In this document: positions 1-11,781 of the stretch, in pieces
Layout: each line of letters opens with the position of its first letter
How positions within the stretch are numbered: position 1 is the stretch's first letter
Assembly: GCA_951406725.2 (NCBI GenBank)
Contig: OX597831.1
Coordinates: 61,752,001 to 61,816,000, forward strand
Reading direction: 5' to 3'
Length of the DNA: 64,000 nucleotides
DNA from: Octopus vulgaris
Taxonomy: Eukaryota
The notes under the pieces: model-generated
What the model was told of the DNA's origin: nothing
Seen by the model: the letters and a program-made list of their open reading frames with translations, nothing else
Database searches by the model: none
Made by a program: the position numbers and the translations under genes

Positions 1-84
1 CTTTTTGAAATAGTAGCTATAACACCCTCTAGCCAGCTACTATCGTCTTAAAACAGGAAGAACAGTACATTAGATTGCATTGAA

Positions 85-400
85 GCTGCTTTCGCGTTTT
101 CCCGTGACTCTCAGTCGCCATCCAATTCCATTATTTTGAACTTGAACTGGGAGACTGAGTCATAATGAATCTTTCATTAGCTGATTGCACAACCATGGAC
201 GCTACACCTAAGCAGTTCAAGATACCGGCAACTCAGACAGTCGCCCGGGGCGCCATATGTTAGGGGGCACCAAGGAGGGTGTGACAAAGACAAGGAAATT
301 TCCACGACCGTCAGCTTGTTCACGCCAAATTTCAGCTTGTCCGGGGTGGTAGCAACCCTAGGGTCCCCAAAGTCCATTCTTCCTAACCGTGGTGGGGAAT
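85..400 (-). pseudogene. Decayed GH18 chitinase-like pseudogene, C-terminal catalytic-domain/insertion-domain segment
   Basis: Minus strand, across frameshifts: PDKLKFGV (344-321), DGRGNFL (312-292), LGAP..GAPG, AGIL (229-218), HYDSVSQ, NWMATES (127-107). Order and spacing match GH18 P-x-KL-x-LG-x-P-x-YGR-x-F ... GAP ... AG-x-L ... WD ... QW-x-GYD. Confidence 0.55.
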
Positions 401-437
401 CAAACAATGAAACAATGAAAAACTTAAGCCAATACAT

Positions 438-520
438 AAGATTATTTAATTTATATTATTTAAATATATAAATCTGATTTTTCCCTGTAAGTTTGGATTT
501 ATTCCCTAATATTTATTATA
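438..520 (+). mobile_element. AT-rich repeat tail (Penelope-like pLTR 3' end), ends in (TA)n
   Basis: taaatctgattttccctgtaa.tttggatt.attccctaata matches 11329-11380, which lies downstream of a hammerhead-like motif; related to 46790-46830. Confidence 0.5.
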
Positions 521-546
521 TATATATATATATTGAACTTGAACTG

Positions 547-875
547 GTAGCAACGGGTAGTGTCAGAGCTATGAGGCGGGAACTTCGGTTCCTGGTAGGG
601 CCACCCAAGGCGGATTGGTCTGACACCGAGTGGTATTAGGGCCACAACCCGGCAGACGGTGAAAATCCTCGGAGTGTCTGTTTCGGCAACCGGCGGCTCC
701 TCGGTCGTTCTGTCCCTGCGTCTGCGGACAATCTGCGGCAAACAGGATGTCTCTACATGTGGGATTGTTGGGGACCGCTTGTAAAATCCGCATATTCCCA
801 AGAAAATTCTTCCGTGGTAGAAGAAGCCGACTCAACCCGCCCAGGGTGAATGTCGTCACAAGTACAAATAAGTAG
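547..875 (+). mobile_element. Non-autonomous bipartite RTE-derived element (5' UTR joined to 3' tail)
   Basis: Near-identical to the reverse complement of 56492-56860; its last ~55 nt (gaagaagccgactcaacccgcccagggtgaatgtcg..aagtacaa) equal the 3' end of the RTE ORF fragment at 39530-39588. Confidence 0.8.
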
Positions 876-879
876 GGTC

Positions 880-1280
880 GGCCCTGCTCCTAAGGATGCG
901 CTACAGTTACTTTCTTGATACAGTTTGGTTATATTGACCGCTGATCTTCTAGGATTCTTCCGCTCAGAATCAATGTAAGATGCACCATTGACTCATTTGA
1001 GCTCTTTACTACCTCTTGACAATCCGCCATGCTGTAGTCGCATAGTTACGGGTTGTCCTTTGGCGGGGCATAGCACCCGTTCAGACACCGTGTCAGGCCA
1101 TTAGCTAAGCTAATTGAAGATGCGTCTTTTGATGAAAATGATGAGATGCTCGTGGTTGAAGCGGTTTTTGATGTTAAGTTTGCTCCATCAAAGTTCGGTC
1201 CAGTCTAATCGTCAGCAACAACGCCCAGCGATGGCGTCCAACGTTTCAGTGTTTAATAATATTTTCAATTATTGCTGTAT
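880..1280 (-). pseudogene. Decayed GH18 chitinase-like pseudogene, catalytic-motif segment
   Basis: Possible acceptor ttcttag at 1281-1287; IIENIIKH, NFDGANL (1195-1175, degenerate FDGxDxDxE), HEHLIIFIK, TGAMP (cf. LTAAVP), SGQYNQ.LY (cf. TGHNSPLY); multiple stops and frameshifts. Confidence 0.5.
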
Positions 1281-1517
1281 CTAAGAACAATCCATCCAAT
1301 TAGTCAATTATTAAACAGACGCACGGATTGCTATTATCATTCTCTTCTGTATTCTACCATTAACTGGTGTAGTGTAAGAAACTATTTTTGTCACACTCCG
1401 CTGCTCTGTTCACCGATCTCTCTTTAATATCGACGAAGTTTCCAATTGATAATTTATTAAAGACACTATTTATTTACGTAGGCATTCATTTATTTTCTGT
1501 TGTTGTTGCTATCGTAA

Positions 1518-1622
1518 CCATCACCATCATCATCATCATCATCATCATCGTCATCGTCGTCGTCGTCGTCATCATCATCATCATCGTCATCATCGTCATC
1601 ATCGTCATCATCGTCGTCGTCG

Positions 1623-1677
<55 letters not shown>

Positions 1678-1720
1678 TGTCATCGTCGTCGTCATCACCA
1701 TCATCATCATCACCATCATC

Positions 1721-1785
<65 letters not shown>

Positions 1786-1865
1786 TGTCATCGTGGTCGT
1801 CATCACCATCATCATCATCACCATCATCAACAGCAGCAGCAGTAGTAGTAGCAGTATCGTCATCA
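1518..1865. repeat. (ATC/GTC)n compound trinucleotide microsatellite
   Basis: Direct; source of the poly-I/D/S/M ORFs. Confidence 0.95.
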
Positions 1866-2073
1866 AACAATGTACAAATTAAAATGTGTAGACACGATGT
1901 GGGAGTAGGAATGGCGGAAGTGTATTTATAAGTTTACAGAGAATAGCCTGCTTTCTCCTAAATAATATTTACATTTACACTCTTCTTCAGGTGACCTCAC
2001 TCAATCACACTCAATCACGCAGCTAGGGGCAATAATGAGACAGGCTTTGATAGCATACATTTGTATGGATGTA

Positions 2074-2490
<417 letters not shown>

Positions 2491-2730
2491 CACATATCTA
2501 CATAGTGATGAATACAAACAAGCAATAAATACAAACACATATATATTTCATCTGAATATGATACAGACATGCCGCACACCTACACACATACACATACACG
2601 TGGATGTGTATGCATCCATACACTAATGTTGGTATATAAATATGTATGTGTGTGTAAATATATACATATATATATACATGTAGACATATTTGTAAATATA
2701 TTCATATGTACACACACACACACGCACACA

Positions 2731-2767
<37 letters not shown>

Positions 2768-2771
<4 letters not shown>

Positions 2772-2927
2772 ACAATCAAGGAACGGCCATAATAGGCCAT
2801 TCACCCACTAGAAATAACAGCCAAAGCTTCAACCGCAAATAAAAGTTAACTTTTATTTGCGGTTGAAGCTTTGGCTGTTATTTCTAGTGGGTGAATGGCC
2901 TATTATGGCCGTTCCTTGATTGTTGAT
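2768..2927. repeat. Perfect 160-bp palindrome (80-bp arms, no loop)
   Basis: 2768-2847 is the exact reverse complement of 2848-2927, centred on GTT/AAC. Confidence 0.95.
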
Positions 2928-3049
2928 GTTGAACTTAAAAATGGTCTATGACTATTTAATTTTTTTCCTACTAGGCCGCTGGTGGCAAAAGAATTCTACA
3001 AAATTTTTTTTGCCACCCTATATTGATTAATTATATATATATATATATA

Positions 3050-3295
3050 TACGCATATATTGGTACAGGACATTACGAAAAGTAAACAACATGAAATACG
3101 AATACAAATGAGTTCAATACGCAAACAACGAGAGAAACAAATGGAAAACAGGACAAGTAACATAAAGAACGACCCGTCATCAGTTGTTGGCTCTCTACTC
3201 ATCATTTCGAGCACTGAACGGCAATATGAGTCTTCGAAGACAGTTGCTCCCATATGTAGCAAAATAAAATTTGGGATTAATGGTAAGTCAAAATT
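3050..3295 (-). mobile_element. Probable Penelope-like pLTR fragment
   Basis: T-rich tail ending at (TA)n on the minus strand, with a weak GAAGA...CTCGAAA hammerhead-like remnant at 3205-3240. Confidence 0.35.
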
Positions 3296-3398
3296 GGGGG
3301 GAAAAAAACAGGACAGTGGAGACATACAAGGAAACCAAACGAAAACAAACAAACACCCCCCCCACACACACTGACACACATGACCTCGTGTGTTTAAC

Positions 3399-3449
<51 letters not shown>

Positions 3450-3559
3450 TACATATAAATATATATTCAGTTGGAACATAAGTTCATTCCACCTTTTAAG
3501 TAAAACTCAAAAAGTATTTAGATATTTGAACATAAATTTAATAAACCAGACACATCCTG

Positions 3560-3855
3560 TTTCGTTGCACAATCATTCGGCATCTTGGAGGCTGTTGCAT
3601 GATTCCGTCTGCCAACACCTTGGCACCTTTTTGGGTCACGAACTGGTCGAAGTGGATTTTACTAGTTTGAAAAAAAATTGAAGTGTCCCCGCTAAAAGAA
3701 TTTCTCAGGTCGAAATAAATGCTAATCCAAAGGAGAATACGGTGGGTGTGATAGGACATCCTAACCAACCCATACCAATTTCTTCTGAAGGAAGACGACA
3801 CCATTCAGATTGGCCGTTTCTGGAAGATTTCCATCAGTTGCCTCCTTAAATCAGT
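3560..3855 (-). pseudogene. Decayed GH18 chitinase-like pseudogene exon (TH..FSF and GGWN motifs)
   Basis: Acceptor-like tttccaattag, exon starting at 3855; FL(P)EEI, TH(x)VFSFG (3747-3726, cf. THIIYAFA), FDQFVTQK..KVL, GVGRRNHA (3619-3596), which is three point changes from GVGGWNHG. Confidence 0.6.
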
Positions 3856-4054
3856 CTAATTGGAAACAATACTTTTTCTGTTTGGCTCTTATTTTTCATT
3901 TCTCTCGGTTTTGTTCCAGTCGACTTCAAATTTGGTGTATTGATGTAGTTTCTGTGCTAATTATTCATTTTCGCCATGAATTAATAAATAAAATGTTAAT
4001 AGCTTTTAAAGATTGCAAATTTTGGATAATTTTAACCAAACGAAAGTCACAGAC

Positions 4055-4170
4055 ATATTGGTGCCAGTCTCTGTAGTAACAAGCCAAAGTATAGTCTGCT
4101 TTAGCCAATCGAAACCCACCGGAAAATTGGTGCTTGTTTCCATAGTCTGATTTCCAACCATATATACTTT
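4055..4170 (-). pseudogene. Decayed GH18 chitinase-like pseudogene, N-terminal exon
   Basis: ADYTLACYYRDWHQY (4099-4055), cf. the GH18 start YKLVCYYTNWxQYR; followed directly by GT, giving a 199-nt GT..AG intron to 3856. Confidence 0.6.
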
Positions 4171-4210
4171 ACCCGTCCGTTGCTGTCCTGCCAGCACTCA
4201 CTTTCATAAT

Positions 4211-4606
4211 TTTTAACTCTTTACTCTTTACTCTTTTACTTGTTTCAGTCATTTGACTGCGGCCATGCAGTCGACCCCAGGACTTATTCTTTGTAAGCCT
4301 AGTACTTATTCTATCGGTCTCTTTTGCGGAACCGCTAAGTTACGGGTACATGAACACACCAGCATCGGTTGTCAAGCGATGTTGGGAGGACAAACGCAGA
4401 CACACAAACACACACACACACATATATATATATACATATACACGACAGGCTTCTTTCAGTTTCCGTCTACCAAATCCACTCGCAAGGCTTTGGTGGGCCC
4501 GAGGCTATAGTAGAAGACACTTGCCCAAAGTGCCACGCAGTGGGACTGAACCCGAAACCATGTGGTTGGTAAGCAAGCTACTTACCATACAGCCACTCCT
4601 GCGCCT
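4211..4606 (-). mobile_element. tRNA-derived SINE, family A
   Basis: Head ggcgcaggagtggctgt..gg with B-box-like ggttcagtccc, CORE-like gggcaagt, internal (TA/TG)n, tail cagtcaaatgactgaaacaagtaaaagag; more than 12 copies in the window. Confidence 0.9.
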
Positions 4607-4784
4607 GTTTTTTTATTGAGAAACGAACGGATATTTTCTGTTGTGTTTTCCTAGATGTTCTCAACCTAAATAAAAGCAGGGCCGCAGCCAACTCATATAA
4701 CCTTTCGTATATGATGAAGAAATAGAAAACTGAGGAGGATGGGGATTCTTACTTGCAAGAGAAGGGTGGTATCCCTGAAAGAGA

Positions 4785-5018
4785 AGGCGGCAAGCTGGCA
4801 GAATTATTAGCTCACCGGGCGAAAGGCTTTGCGGTATTTCGTCTGTCGTTACGTTCTGAGTTCAAATTCCGCCAAGGTCGACTTTGCCTTTCATCCTTTC
4901 GGGGTCGATAAATTAATTACCAGTTACGCACTGAAGTCGATGTAATCGACTTAATACCTATGTCTGTCCTTGTTTGTCCCCTCTATGTTTAGCCCCTTGT
5001 GGGTAATAAAGAAATAGG
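4785..5018 (+). mobile_element. SINE family B (Nin/Deu-type domain)
   Basis: ggcggc.agctggcagaa...gagttcaaattccgcc.aggtcgactttgcctttcatcctttcggggtcgataaa; about 8 copies in the window. Confidence 0.85.
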
Positions 5019-5079
5019 TATACCTGAAAGAAAACTATGTACACAAAACATTATATGAACAAAAAGATACTTCGCGGGA

Positions 5080-5735
5080 ACATTTATTAGTGGTGCTCCC
5101 GCAAATGATGCAAAGAGTATGTGTCTGTCAGAAAAGATACATGGTTGGTGGCACCCTTCCTTCCTCTTAAGACTGTACTGCTTTTCATTTACTCACTGTC
5201 AAAGAATTGACTTCAGTCCTGTTTTGTTTTGAGGAACTAGTGGTTAACTACTGCTCCGCAACCCAGTTCAAATTGGAGGTCCTTGGAAGATTGTTGAGAT
5301 AGACGTAAATACAACCGAGGAAGGCGCCTGAGCAGCAGGTTTTTGGAGGAGTGTGTCGCGAGCCCAAACATATTTTTCTTAATGTCATGTCAGAATCGCG
5401 ATACACTGGAGGAATGCATACGTCAGTCGATTCTTGCAGGCACACAATTTTCAGTCATTTGCGAAGGGTCTACTCCCACATTTCTGAATTTGATGGTTAT
5501 AATTTTCGCCATAGAACACTGAGTCACAGCGTTGAGTTTACTAACTCGAAAGATGATACCACACTCAATAAGTGGAAAGCACACGGGCCTCTGTCAAACT
5601 AATTAACAAACGATGCTGTGACACCCACCGTTCCATAGTTGACTCGTATCTCTACGAGTTTATGTGATGCAGTAGATACGAAAATTGTTATTTGCTTGAC
5701 AAACTCCTAGAAGGCATCGCAAACTTTCGTTTGAT
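5080..5735 (+). mobile_element. Decayed Merlin (IS1595/ISXO2-like) DDE transposase
   Basis: QIGGPWKIVEID, KYNRGR, VFGGVCRE, TLEECIRQSILAGT-TIFS, HRTLSHSVEF, HTQ*VES, DSYLYEFM across frameshifts. Confidence 0.85.
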
Positions 5736-5984
5736 ATTTTCGCTACAAAATATGTATTGTTTACATGAATTGAGCTACAGTTATTTTTTCTTTTGTAATT
5801 AAACGATGCTTTTTTCGTAATTCAACGTTCATTTTGTTTGGCAATTTTTTGCTAAAACAAATTCATTGAGGAGTTTATTGTTTACATGTCTCATAAAAAA
5901 AAAAAAAAATTATGGCGGATTCTTCTTTTTCTATTGTTTACACATCTGTTCCAACATTTCACATGACATTTTATCTTTTATCAT

Positions 5985-6410
5985 TATCTTTTATCGGCCA
6001 TTAGACTGCGGCCATGCTGGAGCACCGCCTTGAAGTTTTAGTTAAATGAATTGACCCCAGTACTTACTTACTTTTTAAGCCTAGTACTTATTCCATCGAT
6101 CTTTTTTGCTTAGCCACTAAGTTACGGGCACGTGAACACACCATTGCTGGTTGTCAAGCAGTGATGGGGGTACAAACACAGACACAGTGATACGCACACA
6201 CACACATATACATATAATAATTATTTGAGGGAATATTAATCTATATATATATATATATATGACGTGCTTCTTTCAGTTTCCGTCCACCAAATCTACTTAC
6301 AAGGCTTTGATCGGCCCAAGGTTATTGTAGGAGACACTTGCCCAAGATGCCACGCAGTAGGACTGAACCCAGAACCATGTGGCTGGGAAGCAAGCCCCTT
6401 ACCACTCCAA
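5985..6410 (-). mobile_element. SINE family A
   Basis: Aligns to 4211-4606. Confidence 0.85.
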
Positions 6411-6886
6411 AACTTTTGAAAACTTCCGTCTTCATCATCATCGTCGTAATGTTGCTACAGACCACGCAGAAAATGACAGCTTCTAAATCCTGTTTTCTGA
6501 TTGGGTTAAAAATAATCAAACTTTAATCTCTGTAACATATTTCTAAAACTTTTCTAGAAAAAGTGAATAACAACATCAGGTTCAACGTAAAAAAATTACA
6601 TCAACATACCAAATTTGAAAACTGTAAATTTCCAAATTTCAAAAAGTGTTAGTCAATGAGAAAGGATCCCTAATGCTTGTCAGTGCACAACGTCCGAATT
6701 TACGGAAGGAGATCTTAATACACAGAAAATACATCTAACATACTCGACGTTGGCATGAGAAAAAAACAACAAAAAAACAGAATTTTATAAAAATACTCAC
6801 ACACATCACACACGTATTTGTGTGTGTAGGGAAGATATGTATGTATGTATGTGTGTATATATATATATATGTGTGGGAAGATATTC

Positions 6887-7287
6887 CTTTACTTGTTTTA
6901 GTCATTTGACTGCAGCCATGCTGGGGCACCGTCTTTAGTCGAGCAAATCGACCCCAGAACTTATTCTTTGTAAGCCTAGTACTTATTCTATCGGTCTCTT
7001 TTGCCGAACCGCTAAGTTACGGGGTCGTAAATACACCAACATCTGTTGCCAAGCGATGTTGGGGGGGGGTACAAACACAGACACACAAACATATGAACAC
7101 ACATACATATATATATACATATATATACGACGGGCTTCTTTCAGTTTCCGTCTACCAAATCTATTCACAAGGCTTTGGTCGGCCCGAGGATATAGTAGAA
7201 GACACTTGACCAATGTGTCACGCAGGGGGACTGAACACGGAACCATGTAGTTGCAAAGCTACTTACCACACAGCCACTCCTGCGCCT
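6887..7287 (-). mobile_element. SINE family A
   Basis: Full-length match to the family. Confidence 0.9.
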
Positions 7288-7317
7288 ATGTATAAATAGG
7301 GAAAAATATATAGGGGG

Positions 7318-7377
<60 letters not shown>

Positions 7378-8205
7378 ACATACACACACATGTATATCTG
7401 TGTGCACGAGAAGCGAGGGGTATACATATGTATATATGTATAGTATGTGATTACATATATAGTATGTAATTATATGTATGCACAATCACACACCAACATA
7501 TATAGTCATTGATTAGGAACATTATTTTCTTAGTCATGCTGGGTTTTTCTTTTCTATATATTTTTTTTTTATGACTAAGGAAAGTTTCTAAACAAGACTG
7601 TATATATCAATGAAGTATTAACACTGTATTTGCTCCACTGGAGACGCCTGAAAAGCACATCTCTTAGTATATCAATGTATTTCATAGAATTCTTTATTCC
7701 GTTTGACATGATTCTCCATGTTAATAGATATATTAAACAAAAATCATGACTGCATTCCTCCCTTTAAAATAGCAAAACAGCACGATTCATGGCTGATATT
7801 AAAATACTCAAGAAAATATTTATTTATTTATCTATCTATTTATCTATTCATCTATTTATGTCTGGCCAGCTGATCTCAACTCAAAATGTTACGGTATACA
7901 CTGTAATATAACTTTGTTATTGTGTTTCCGAGTGAATATTGGAATAAATTTCAGATCTTATAAGTGTCTGGATTTTGATTTTAATGAACACTGAAGAATA
8001 CAGATTAAAAGCTTTAAATTATCAGATATCGGACGAAATTGTCATGTGTTAGTGACATTAGGTTTTAATCGATTAATCTATGTATCCACCCCCAACCTTA
8101 CGCACATACCGACTTAGCAAACATTTTTGCACAAAGGTTGACGGGAAAACGTAGATATATAAAAGAATCATATACATATACATACAACCATACATACATA
8201 CGTAC

Positions 8206-8355
8206 GTGTGGTAAGTAGCTTGCTTACGAACCACATGGTTCTGGGTTCGGTCTCCCTGCGTGGCACCTTGGGTAAGTGTCTTCTACTATAGCCTCGGGCC
8301 GACCAAAGCCTTGTGAGTGGATTTGGTAGACGGAAACTGAAAGAAGCCCGTCGAA

Positions 8356-8401
<46 letters not shown>

Positions 8402-8620
8402 CGTGTTTGTGTGTCTGTGTTTGTCCCCCCAACATCGCTTGACAACCGATGCTGGTGTGTTTACGTCCTCGTAACTTAGCGGTTCGGCAAAAAAGAGACC
8501 GATAAAATAAGTTCGAGGCTTACAAAGAATAAGTCCTGTGGTCGATTTGCTCGACTAAAGGCGGTGCTCCAGCATGGCCATAGTCACATGACTGAAACAA
8601 GTAAAAGAGTAAAAGAGTAA

Positions 8621-8621
<1 letters not shown>
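8206..8621 (+). mobile_element. SINE family A (5'-truncated)
   Basis: Match to the family; inverted relative to 6887-7287. Confidence 0.9.
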
Positions 8622-8688
<67 letters not shown>

Positions 8689-8700
8689 CATACACATATA

Positions 8701-9725
8701 CTAGCAGTATAGCCCAGCGTTGCTCGGGTTTGTTTCGACCCTTTGGAACTGGAATTTTTGGAAAGTAAAAGTTTTGCCTTATGTAGCTGGATATTCTCTT
8801 TAAGTGAACATTTTTCTGGTTGAAATACACCGAAAAATGGCGACACAGCAGTCAAAAAATCGTTCTCACTGAGTTGTCACCGCAGTGACTAACTGAGTTT
8901 TGCTTGGGGTATGCTTGCTTATATAACTATCTAGAAGGATATATATACCATTGAAAACAATAGATTTAGTTGGTGGGCTTGTTATCTATTCTAGCTTTTG
9001 GTGAAGTAGAATAGGTTAGAAAGGGTCAAGTGGTGAAGACATTATTTCGGCCTAGCTAAAGGCATCTGGAAAATGTAAAACTGCTGTCAGAGAAAAACCA
9101 TTGTTCCATCGTGGGAAAAGTTCTGTAGCAGTGTTAATCTAAATTTGGCTATGGTGGATCGAATCCACTTCATGCTTGCAAGATTCACTACATATATATA
9201 GTTTTATATTATATAAATCCACTGATGTTAATGTGTTGTCAGTATATGTGGGTATATAATTTCTTGTTAAAATCCAAATGTTTACGAGCACATAATAGAA
9301 GTTACAAAATGAGAAATTGTACATGTTCTTAAATTAGTAGAAAATAACTCAGAAAATAATACGTTGCTCAGTTTAAAGATAGTCGCAACTCAAGATAACC
9401 AGTTGTTCTCTGTAGAAGCTGAACTAAATGTTAACGACTAATTAACAAACAACTAGAGAAAGGTGAAAATACAAAAGATTACACAAAGCTGCCTCAATCA
9501 GCAAAAGCCACCTATGACCGATGTGTTCTGTTTATTAACATTGAAAGTTGTTCACTATTTGTTGGTTGGTAATTGTATAAAACAATAGCTAAAAATAGCT
9601 TGCAGATAGCTAGTTCCCTATGGGCTAACATACATAACAACAGATGTACTAAAATATTGTCTGAGTTAAGTCTCTGTCTCTCGTTTTCCTATTCTTCCTT
9701 CCATCTGTCTTCATACATATATAGA
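8701..9725 (-). mobile_element. Non-autonomous Helitron-like element
   Basis: Minus strand: A|TCTATATAT at 9725, and a 3' GC hairpin (cccagcgttgctcggg, 8713-8728) followed by CTAG|T at 8701. Pairing of the two ends is inferred. Confidence 0.55.
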
Positions 9726-9729
9726 TAAA

Positions 9730-10067
9730 CTAGCAGTTAAGCCCGGTTTCCCCCGGTCTGTCTGGATGATGTGGGTGTGATCGTTTTTGCTTAGGCATAA
9801 TCTATAACAGCGTTTCTCAACCTTATCATTTCGAGTCCCCTGTTTCGATTGGAGCCTCCCGCTGTATGAACATTTCTTTTAGAAAAGTTTTAATAGATTT
9901 TCTCGGTAAGTACGGGGGCTAGAAAGAAAAAATATAAATGCATTCCAATCTATGCACCCACCTCCATATGTGTGCCATTTTCCCCGCGATTCCACCCAGC
10001 CGTTTGCCTGCGAAGCTCAAGACAAGAAAGAATGCAACGATCGCCCATGTCCAATTTATATTATAGA
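9730..10067 (-). mobile_element. Non-autonomous Helitron-like element
   Basis: Minus strand: 5' TCTATAATATAAA, 3' hairpin ccgg-N6-ccgg and CTAG|T; abuts the previous element. Confidence 0.65.
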
Positions 10068-10141
10068 AAATATGCGTGAGCGTGTATGAAGGCGTGGAAG
10101 GAAAATCAGTAGATCATTAGAAAAATTACGCTATGGTATTT

Positions 10142-10224
10142 GTAACGGGGACGTGAACACAGCAGCATCGGTTGTCAAGCGATGTTGGGGGTACAAACAC
10201 AGATACACAAACATGTACACACAT

Positions 10225-10255
<31 letters not shown>

Positions 10256-10341
10256 CATATATATGATGGGCTTCTTTCAGTTTCCATCTACCAGATCCAC
10301 TCACAAGGCTTTGGTCGGCCCAAGGCTATAGTAGAAGACAC
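10142..10341 (-). mobile_element. SINE family A, internal fragment
   Basis: Match to the family. Confidence 0.8.
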
Positions 10342-10490
10342 ATACGTAATTCACCTACACGTTAATTCTATCCCTCTGAGATTGGTTCTATCGGGCAGCA
10401 GTGTCGAACAAGTGATATTACACTTGTCATCAGCTATTGCACAAGTAACCAACTGAATCTGCATCGTTCAGAAGCCTATAAGCATACACA

Positions 10491-10545
<55 letters not shown>

Positions 10546-11159
10546 AAGTTAGATAATCAGCTAAAAACAAACAAGTGTTGGTACATATTTAGTAAGATGA
10601 CGCCGATAGAGACAGTGATGTCAGAGATATTTAGTAGAATCTTTGTCATCAGTTCAAGAAAACATTTTGTTACAGCATAGAGTAAAGAAACCCCACCTCC
10701 CAAAAACACTTGCCCTCTATTAAATACCTATTTTTTGTTCTAATTCAATCCATAATTTGTAATGTTGGCACTCTCTTCATGCTGGTATTGTCTAGTCCAC
10801 GGTCAACCCAGTCAAAAAAGAACTCAACTGACAATCTAATTGTGATGCCTTTTATTCAAAAACATAGCAATATATGGCTGCTTTATTGCCAATAGTGTAA
10901 CAACAACAATATATATATTTTGCTTGTTGTTTTTTGGTTTTGTACATTTTTAAATATGAGAAATTTTATAATAGGTTTTTATATTCAATTGTTTATAGGG
11001 TTTATTTTAGATTATTTTAGATTATATATTGATTATATATAGATTATATATAGATTATATATAGATTATATTTTTATTTCTTTCATTGATAATTTTATTG
11101 TTTTATTATTTTAAATTATTTTAAATTATATTTTAAATTATTGCTATTATTAGATCGAA

Positions 11160-11377
11160 AATCCACCTGAAGATTGTCGGAGCAGACATGAAACATTTGT
11201 AGTAGCGGTTTATTTAATTTATATTAAAATTTTATGTATTGATTAAGTCTTTCCTTGTTTGGTTTTAAAATAGTGGTTTTGTCTCGAATTATATTATATA
11301 ATATTTTACTATAAAATTGGATTTAACCCTAAATCTGATTTTTCCCTGTAATTTTGGATTCATTCCCTAATAATATT

Positions 11378-11382
<5 letters not shown>
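11160..11382 (+). mobile_element. Penelope-like pLTR fragment with minimal hammerhead-like motif
   Basis: CTGAAGA (11167-73), TGTC/GACA stem, GAAA, CATTTG, TA; followed by an AT-rich tail shared with 438-520. Confidence 0.6.
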
Positions 11383-11413
<31 letters not shown>

Positions 11414-11424
11414 TTTTTTTTTAA

Positions 11425-11692
11425 TTTCATCTAGTTTCAGCTCACGAGCTGTCGTCATGCTGCGGCACCGCCATTTGGTGTTGCTACATAATTTTACTTC
11501 ATGAATGCTTTTTAGCAATTGACATTTAGTGCATGAGAGAGTTTGATGTAGCTGCCCTCATCTATACGTCCTACCGCGAAGTTAGTTCATCTGGGATACC
11601 TGACAGGAAGAGATCCAGCTTTATTTTGAAGACACCTTCATCCACCCGATGCAGGTCTCTAAGGTCCTTCGGGAGGATATTGAAGAGCTGTC
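11425..11692 (-). mobile_element. CR1/L2-group LINE 3' end
   Basis: QLFNILPKDLRDL..VFKIKLDLFLSGIPDE..RAATSNSL; 3' tail ggcggtgccgcagcatg..ctgaaactaga resembles the SINE A tail. Confidence 0.8.
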
Positions 11693-11781
11693 TGAGAGGG
11701 ACATTAGGAACAGTAGTGGTCTTGCAGAACACCGTTCACTTTTGCGTGTCATGTGGTTGGTAAGCAAGCTACTTACCACAC

